NCBI GenBank assembly: GCA_963663805.2
Contig: CAXXMR010000019.1
Location: 128,001 to 192,000, forward strand
Source of the DNA: Sedimentisphaerales bacterium
GTDB lineage: Bacteria > Planctomycetota > Phycisphaerae > Sedimentisphaerales > SM23-30
DNA length: 64,000 nucleotides
Direction of reading: 5' to 3'
Below, piece after piece: positions 58,601 through 64,000 of this stretch. The position numbers and the translations under genes are program-made. The notes under the pieces are model-generated. The model worked only from the letters and a program-made list of their open reading frames with translations. It did no database searches and was not told the DNA's origin. Numbering within the stretch: the stretch's first letter is position 1; the number at the start of each line of letters is the position of its first letter.

Positions 58601-59281
58601 ATGAGTGGAATTAAGTATGGTTTGATTTTTGATGTGGATGGGGTGGTGGCTGATACCGAAGGGGTGAACGCGCAGGAGACGGCACGGGTTTTCGATGAGC
58701 TGTTCGGAGTCAAAGGTGTGCAACGGGCGGATTTCGAGAAGGGGCTGGGTCGGGGCGATAAGGTTTATGTACAAGTGGCGGCGGCGATTCATGGGGTCGA
58801 GCTTTCGGAGGAGCAGGTGGCGGCGGCGGTTAAGCTGCGGGAAGAAAAGATAATGCAGTCTTTGCGGGTTGCCCCGCTGGGGGCTTTTGAGGGGGTATTG
58901 GAACTCATGGCGGCGGCCCGGGCTGATAGTCGATGGGCTCTGGCAATCGCGACTTCGGGGGCCAACGAAAAAGCAAAACTGATACTGGGCTCGGCGGGCG
59001 TGGATTTGAGCGATATGGTTTATGTGACCGGCAGCGATGTTAAAAATCGTAAGCCGGACCCGGAAATTTATTTGAAGGCGGTAGCAAAACTGGGCCTGAA
59101 AGCCGAAAATTGCGTGGCGGTTGAGGATGCCCCCGATGGGGTAGATTCCGCAAAGGCCGCGGGCTGTCGGGTAATCGCGGTGACGAATTCGGTGGGCAGG
59201 GAAAAACTCGCTAAGGCGGATTTAATCGTGGACAGCCTGTTAGAGCTAAATATCGCGAAGCTGACCGAACTGGTCATTTGA
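58601..59281 (+). CDS. HAD family phosphatase (beta-phosphoglucomutase-like)
   Basis: FDVDGVVADT, ATS, KPDPEIY, VEDAPDG. Confidence 0.9.
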   Translation: MSGIKYGLIFDVDGVVADTEGVNAQETARVFDELFGVKGVQRADFEKGLGRGDKVYVQVAAAIHGVELSEEQVAAAVKLREEKIMQSLRVAPLGAFEGVLELMAAARADSRWALAIATSGANEKAKLILGSAGVDLSDMVYVTGSDVKNRKPDPEIYLKAVAKLGLKAENCVAVEDAPDGVDSAKAAGCRVIAVTNSVGREKLAKADLIVDSLLELNIAKLTELVI

Positions 59282-60104
59282 CAATGCGATAGATTTCCTG
59301 ACAGGTAACTAGAAGTTTTTCCATCTGGTTCAGGGGCAGCATACAGGCGGCATCGCTTAGTCCTTCGGCGGGGTTGGGATGAGTTTCGATGAACAGTCCA
59401 TCGGCACCGGCGGCAATAGCGGCACGGGCCAGGACCGGGGCCAGGTCGGGTTCGCCGCCGGAAGCGGTGCCCAATCCGCCGGGCTGCTGGGTGGAATGGG
59501 TGGCATCCATGATAGCGGGACAGCCAAGCTGACGCATCTGGTCAATGCCGGCCATGTCGCAGATGAGGCGGTTATAGCCGAAACTGCTGCCGCGTTCGAC
59601 GAGGGTTATCTGATGATTGCCCATCTCGTTGATTTTATCCACGACGTTTTTCATGTCCCAGGGTGCCATGAACTGGGCTTTTTTGGCCTGGATGGGTTTT
59701 TGAGTTTTAGCGGCGGCCTGGACCAGGTCGGTTTGGCGAACCAGAAAAGCCGGTATCTGGAGCATATCGACCACCTCGGCACAAATAGAGGCTTGTTCGG
59801 GCAGGTGAATATCAGTCACCACGGGTAGCTGAAACTGGGTGCGGATATGGTCAAGGGTTCGCAGGCCTTCCTGAATGCCCGGTCCGCGGAAAGCGGCAGA
59901 GCTGGAGCGGTTGGCTTTGTCGAAACTGGCTTTGAAAACATACCCTATTCCGAGGCGGTTGGTCAGGTCTTTGAGGTTTTCAGCGATTCGGCAGCAGAGG
60001 TCGCGGCTTTCTATGACGCAGGGGCCGGCAAAAAGGACCAGCCCGGCAGCGGGACCAATCTTGACTTGCTGAACGTGTTTGTCTCCGACGGTTACGGTAT
60101 TCAT
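59274..60104 (-). CDS. kdsA: 3-deoxy-8-phosphooctulonate (KDO8P) synthase
   Basis: AGPCVIE, FKASFDKANRSS, QIPAFLVRQTDL, ERGSSFGY, DATHS, FIETHP. Confidence 0.95.
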   Translation of the reverse strand: MNTVTVGDKHVQQVKIGPAAGLVLFAGPCVIESRDLCCRIAENLKDLTNRLGIGYVFKASFDKANRSSSAAFRGPGIQEGLRTLDHIRTQFQLPVVTDIHLPEQASICAEVVDMLQIPAFLVRQTDLVQAAAKTQKPIQAKKAQFMAPWDMKNVVDKINEMGNHQITLVERGSSFGYNRLICDMAGIDQMRQLGCPAIMDATHSTQQPGGLGTASGGEPDLAPVLARAAIAAGADGLFIETHPNPAEGLSDAACMLPLNQMEKLLVTCQEIYRIVK

Positions 60105-60130
60105 AGTTTTTTGCCTGAAAAGGTGTAAAT

Positions 60131-61099
60131 TTATCCGATAAGCCATTTTCTCAAAAGGAAAAGGCGGGCTGGTTTACGATAGGCGAAATGTCCCGGGCCG
60201 GGCGGGACAAGTACCTTGGCGGCTGAGGGTATTACCTCAATGTCCAGCGGCAGAGGCGGAGCGGGGTCGCCGTCAACCTGGACGGGTACGGAATGTTCCT
60301 CGTCGGTCGAAATTTGCACCTTTTTGCAGCGGCGGCGGAGGACATTTCGGCTTTTATGCGAAATACCGAGGATGGTCATGACGGCATGGGCCAGTAAGTA
60401 CCTGCGTCGTTTGCAGTTATATACACAGAGGTCTAGCAGACCATCTCCGCAGTCAGCTTCGGGTAGTACGCCCAGTCCCAGGGCATAGCGTGAGATATTG
60501 GCAACAAAGACCAACGAAGGCTGGTTTGAAACCTCTTGTCCGTCGGCGATTACCTTTACTCTGGGAAATCGATATTCCCAGAATGTCCGGCAGATAGGCC
60601 AGAAATAATCGGTGTGGCTGATATGACCGTTGCGGAATTTATTGATTCGTTTGATAACTTCGGCATCGTAGCCGACGCCGACGATGGCCATGAATCTCCT
60701 GCTGCCGGCCTGACCGAGGTCGAGGTCGCGAACAGAACCGTAATCTATGGTATTAAGGGCACTTTCGAGGGTGTTATCGAGTCCCAGTTCGCGGGCGAGG
60801 AGGTTTTCGGTGCCGGACGGTATAATAAGGATAGGCTGGCGGGCACCGGCCAGGGCCTGGGCGACCTGCCGTACGGTTCCGTCCCCGCCGGAGACGATAA
60901 CTATATCATAATCCTCAGCGACAGCCTGGCAAGCGAGTTGGCCGGCGTGTTCAAGCGACTGGGTGAGCTGGATATTAACATGATTTTGGCGTTGCCGGAG
61001 GGTGTTTTTGAGCTGTTTCAGGCAGCGAACATTGGCACTGGAACCGCTCTGGGGATTTACGATGAAGAAAAATCTCTGCTTGGGGCGGCCTTCGGTCAT
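60131..61099 (-). CDS. Diacylglycerol/lipid kinase family (YegS-like)
   Basis: VNPQSG, GGDGT, PSGTENLLA, GVGYDA, QVDGD. Confidence 0.9.
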   Translation of the reverse strand: MTEGRPKQRFFFIVNPQSGSSANVRCLKQLKNTLRQRQNHVNIQLTQSLEHAGQLACQAVAEDYDIVIVSGGDGTVRQVAQALAGARQPILIIPSGTENLLARELGLDNTLESALNTIDYGSVRDLDLGQAGSRRFMAIVGVGYDAEVIKRINKFRNGHISHTDYFWPICRTFWEYRFPRVKVIADGQEVSNQPSLVFVANISRYALGLGVLPEADCGDGLLDLCVYNCKRRRYLLAHAVMTILGISHKSRNVLRRRCKKVQISTDEEHSVPVQVDGDPAPPLPLDIEVIPSAAKVLVPPGPGHFAYRKPARLFLLRKWLIG

Positions 61100-61227
61100 G
61101 TGTTAAAATCTTAAAATTAAAGGAGTTAAGGTTCATTTCGCGGCAGTATTATATCGCCGGTTCTCTCAGGTGACAACCGAAATAATGGATTGTGGGGATT
61201 GATGTCGCTGACAGGTGCATTTTGGTC

Positions 61228-61255
61228 TTGCAAGGCGGGGCGGATTGTCTATAAT
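61228..61255 (+). promoter_or_regulatory. Sigma70-like promoter for the TPR-alphaCTD gene
   Basis: TTGCAA-16bp-TATAAT. Confidence 0.5.
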
Positions 61256-61323
61256 GGCCAGCTTGTCTATATATGGAAAGTATAGCTGGGCATTGTAGTG
61301 GAAAGCATAAGGAGACTGACGCA

Positions 61324-62667
61324 ATGGACGCTCCTACCATTGATTTTACTAAGTTTATGGCTGATAATCAGCCGCTGACCGAAGAACAGATGAATCGGCT
61401 GGCCGGTGAAGTACGCAGCGGCGAGCGCGAAAAGCTGGCATTCGCCAAACTTCTGGACGATGCGGTTTCGAGCCGCGAGTCGGAATTTTCGGGTGACCAG
61501 GGCTGGTCGCTGAAAGTTGGCCAGGGTTATTGCGTGCTGGGTAAGTACAACAAAGCCCTGGAATGGCTGGGCAAGGCAGGCTCTGGTTTGAGCCAGTGTC
61601 TGGCCAAGGCTTATTGCCAGCGTGAAACAGGTAATTATGAAGCGGCGGTCAAGACCTTCGAAGAGGCCGAGAGCAAAGGCTATGAGAGTTTCGAAGCGAC
61701 CATGGCTGTTGTCGACTGTCTGCGTCGTGCCGGCGAACTGGAACAGGCCGGCGAACGTCTGAACCGGGTATCGCGGGTAGGTGACATTCGGGCGGAATAT
61801 CGTTTCCAACTGGGTATGCTGAATGAGGCCAATGGTCTGCATGATGACGCGGTAACAGAACTGGCCCGGGCGGTGGAACTGGATAACAATCATAGCCGGG
61901 CTTTGTTCCAACTGGCTTTTCTTCTGGATTTGCACGGCAATGAAGAAGACGCGATCAAGTGCTATGAGCGTTGCGTGTCTAAAGCCCCGGCATCGTTAAA
62001 CGCTTTGTTGAATCTGGCGGTTCTCTATGAGGATTCGGAACAGTGGGACAAGGCCGGCAAGTGCATCAAGCGTGTTCTGGCCACACATCCGAATCACCTG
62101 CGGGCCAGGCTGTTCCTCAAGGATGTTGAAGCCAGCCGGACCATGTACTATGACGAAGAACAGGAACGTCGAGTAGATTTACAGAATCAGGTTCTGGAAA
62201 TTCCGATTTCTGATTTTGAATTGTCGGTTCGTTCTCGTAACTGTCTGAAGAAGATGGGCGTTCGGAGTCTGGGCGATTTACTGAAGGTTGGCGAGGCAGA
62301 ACTCCTGGCCTATAAGAATTTTGGTGAAACATCTCTGACTGAAATCAAGCAAATGTTGCATACCAAAGGTTTGCAGTTGGGTCAACTAACCGATGACCGT
62401 AATAACAACCGTCGGGCCGTGGTGGTTGACGAAGAAGAAGAGGAAGAAGAGCAAGAGTGGCTAGGCTATTCGGTAGCGGAATTGAATCTTTCGGTGCGGG
62501 CGCGTAAATGTTTGCAGCGTTTGAATCTTAATACTCTGGGTGATTTGACCAGCTGCACTGAGGCCGAGCTTTTAGGTTGCAAGAATTTTGGCATGACCAG
62601 TCTGATTGAAGTTAAGGAAAAACTTCAGGAGCAGAATCTGTCCCTTCGGGAGCTGGACGAAGAATAA
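61324..62667 (+). CDS. TPR-repeat protein with two RNA polymerase alpha-CTD domains
   Basis: TPR helices, then ELSVRSRNCL...KNFGETSLTEI and NLSVRARKCL...KNFGMTSLIEV; AAGGAG RBS. Confidence 0.88.
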   Translation: MDAPTIDFTKFMADNQPLTEEQMNRLAGEVRSGEREKLAFAKLLDDAVSSRESEFSGDQGWSLKVGQGYCVLGKYNKALEWLGKAGSGLSQCLAKAYCQRETGNYEAAVKTFEEAESKGYESFEATMAVVDCLRRAGELEQAGERLNRVSRVGDIRAEYRFQLGMLNEANGLHDDAVTELARAVELDNNHSRALFQLAFLLDLHGNEEDAIKCYERCVSKAPASLNALLNLAVLYEDSEQWDKAGKCIKRVLATHPNHLRARLFLKDVEASRTMYYDEEQERRVDLQNQVLEIPISDFELSVRSRNCLKKMGVRSLGDLLKVGEAELLAYKNFGETSLTEIKQMLHTKGLQLGQLTDDRNNNRRAVVVDEEEEEEEQEWLGYSVAELNLSVRARKCLQRLNLNTLGDLTSCTEAELLGCKNFGMTSLIEVKEKLQEQNLSLRELDEE

Positions 62668-62708
62668 AGTTCTAGCCTGCCTGATGGTTGGTTCAGGACG
62701 TATAGGCC

Positions 62709-64000
62709 ATGGTCAAAGGCGTAAATGGTGTATTGATTTTGCCGGGATGGACGGCTTGGTTGTTGTTGTTTGTGACAACCTGGGCCTTCATCGGTGATTT
62801 TTCGGAAGAGCCCTTTTGGGCAGGTCCGATTGAAGCCGCTGGTTCGGTATCAATCCCGGCAAGTTCAGGCGAAGAAGTTGAGATTCGTGTCCTGCTGAGC
62901 TGTCAGGGCCGAGTTAAACTATTCAGCAGGCAGGAAGCTCTGCTGATTGAGGACCGAAACGGCAAAGAATGGGGAGTTTTGCCCGTCAACGGTTCCTATT
63001 ATGTCGAACGGTCGGCTCAGGGCTGGTCGATTTCGAGCAGTTCCGGAAACAAGCTGTTTGGGGCTATCGGTGAAGGAGACCTGGAGATACAGCCGGAACA
63101 CAACGGCGGTTTCCGGGTTGAACTCGACGATAAGCCTTGTAGTTATTCCGGCAAGTTGCGTTTGATTTGTCAGGATGACGGTCGCATCGCGATTGTAAAT
63201 ATAATCGGTATAGAAACATATTTAGCTGGTGTGGTTGGCGCCGAGGCCTATTCGGACTGGCGTCTTCCGGCTTTGCGGGCTCAGGCGATAGCCAGCCGTA
63301 CTTATGCCCTGTATAATTTGTCCCTCAACCGCAGTTCGTCCTGGGATATTGGCAGTAATCAGGGCAGCCAGATGTATCTGGGCAAATCGAGCAGCCATAA
63401 ACGGGTCAGTCAGTCAGTTGGCGATACCCGCGGCGTGGTTATGGCTTACGGCAAGCGCGGCCGTGAGCGAATTTTCCCGACTTATTACTGTTCGAATTGC
63501 GGCGGACATACGCAAGAAGCGGCGTCGGTTTTCGGTATGAAAGTACCGCCTTTGTCTGGTCAGTTTTGCCCTTATTGCGGCAAAGTAGCCCATGCCGACA
63601 AATACCGCTGGCCGGCGGTAACGATAGAAAAATGGCAGGTAAATGACTTGCTGCATCGGCGCTACCCAGATGACTTAAAGATTCTGGGCAAGATAGTCAA
63701 TGTTCAGGTCACACGTACAAGTGAATATGGGCGAGTTGAACGTATGAGGTTGACCGGTGCTTCGGGCAAAAGCATTATTGTCCGTGCGGAAGATTTTCGT
63801 TTGGCGATGCTGGCCGGCGGCAAAGATATTTTGAGCAGCTGGTATGAGCTTGAAGACCTGGGCGAGAGTTGGCGATTTTCCGAGGGCCGCGGCTGGGGGC
63901 ACGGGGTGGGGATGTGCCAGTGGGGCACGCAGGCGATGGCCTTGAGCGGTAAGGATTGTGTGGAAATACTGGAGTTTTACTACCCGCAAATGCAACTGGT
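62709..64000 (+). CDS. SpoIID/LytB domain protein (runs off the window end)
   Basis: Manual translation: YLAGVVGAE...ALRAQAIASRTYA and GRGWGHGVGMCQWG...ILEFYYP; absent from the ORF track because there is no stop codon in the window. Confidence 0.9.
   Translation, partial: MVKGVNGVLILPGWTAWLLLFVTTWAFIGDFSEEPFWAGPIEAAGSVSIPASSGEEVEIRVLLSCQGRVKLFSRQEALLIEDRNGKEWGVLPVNGSYYVERSAQGWSISSSSGNKLFGAIGEGDLEIQPEHNGGFRVELDDKPCSYSGKLRLICQDDGRIAIVNIIGIETYLAGVVGAEAYSDWRLPALRAQAIASRTYALYNLSLNRSSSWDIGSNQGSQMYLGKSSSHKRVSQSVGDTRGVVMAYGKRGRERIFPTYYCSNCGGHTQEAASVFGMKVPPLSGQFCPYCGKVAHADKYRWPAVTIEKWQVNDLLHRRYPDDLKILGKIVNVQVTRTSEYGRVERMRLTGASGKSIIVRAEDFRLAMLAGGKDILSSWYELEDLGESWRFSEGRGWGHGVGMCQWGTQAMALSGKDCVEILEFYYPQMQL

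Noticed and set aside
62947..63995. Small ORFs at the window end
   Set aside because: Explained as off-frame or antisense overlaps of the unterminated SpoIID gene starting at 62709
1..64000. Complete DGR (RT, Avd, template repeat), rRNA or tRNA genes
   Set aside because: No RT motif-bearing ORF, no AAC-rich copy of 3169-3285, and no recognisable rRNA or tRNA sequence seen

Overview
A 64 kb bacterial chromosomal segment, most likely from a planctomycete of the Phycisphaerae/Sedimentisphaerales type. This assignment is inferred from a TPR + tandem RNAP-alphaCTD protein and a dockerin-like/FGE secreted protein. The backbone is housekeeping and metabolic: FAD/Fe-S oxidoreductase, radical SAM enzyme, Cache histidine kinase, YebC, ABC-F, glycogen-related GT4 and a GH57-GT5 fusion, galE, UbiA, transaldolase, UbiB, SGNH esterases, a frameshifted MMPL operon, dnaA, yidC, mnmE, U32, kdsA and a partial SpoIID gene. 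An intact IS4-family element has 26-bp inverted repeats and a 9-bp target duplication. The unexplained structure lies in the intergenic and accessory DNA. (1) Two diverged copies of a ~0.8 kb non-coding element each carry 18-19 tandem 20/21-bp units with palindromic cores that differ between copies by compensatory changes, and each is followed by strongly G/T-skewed DNA. (2) A 19-bp motif, ACGGTGTCCGGTACATTTA, lies just after the stop codons of several AT-rich orphan genes, with local tandem duplications, and resembles the IS4 end. (3) An FGE/C-lectin-fold gene has a DGR-like variable region and downstream hairpin, but no RT or template repeat is in the window. (4) Two promoter-to-terminator sRNA candidates expose anti-Shine-Dalgarno sequences. 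No rRNA, tRNA or CRISPR array was recognised. All calls are by eye from motifs; no database search was run.
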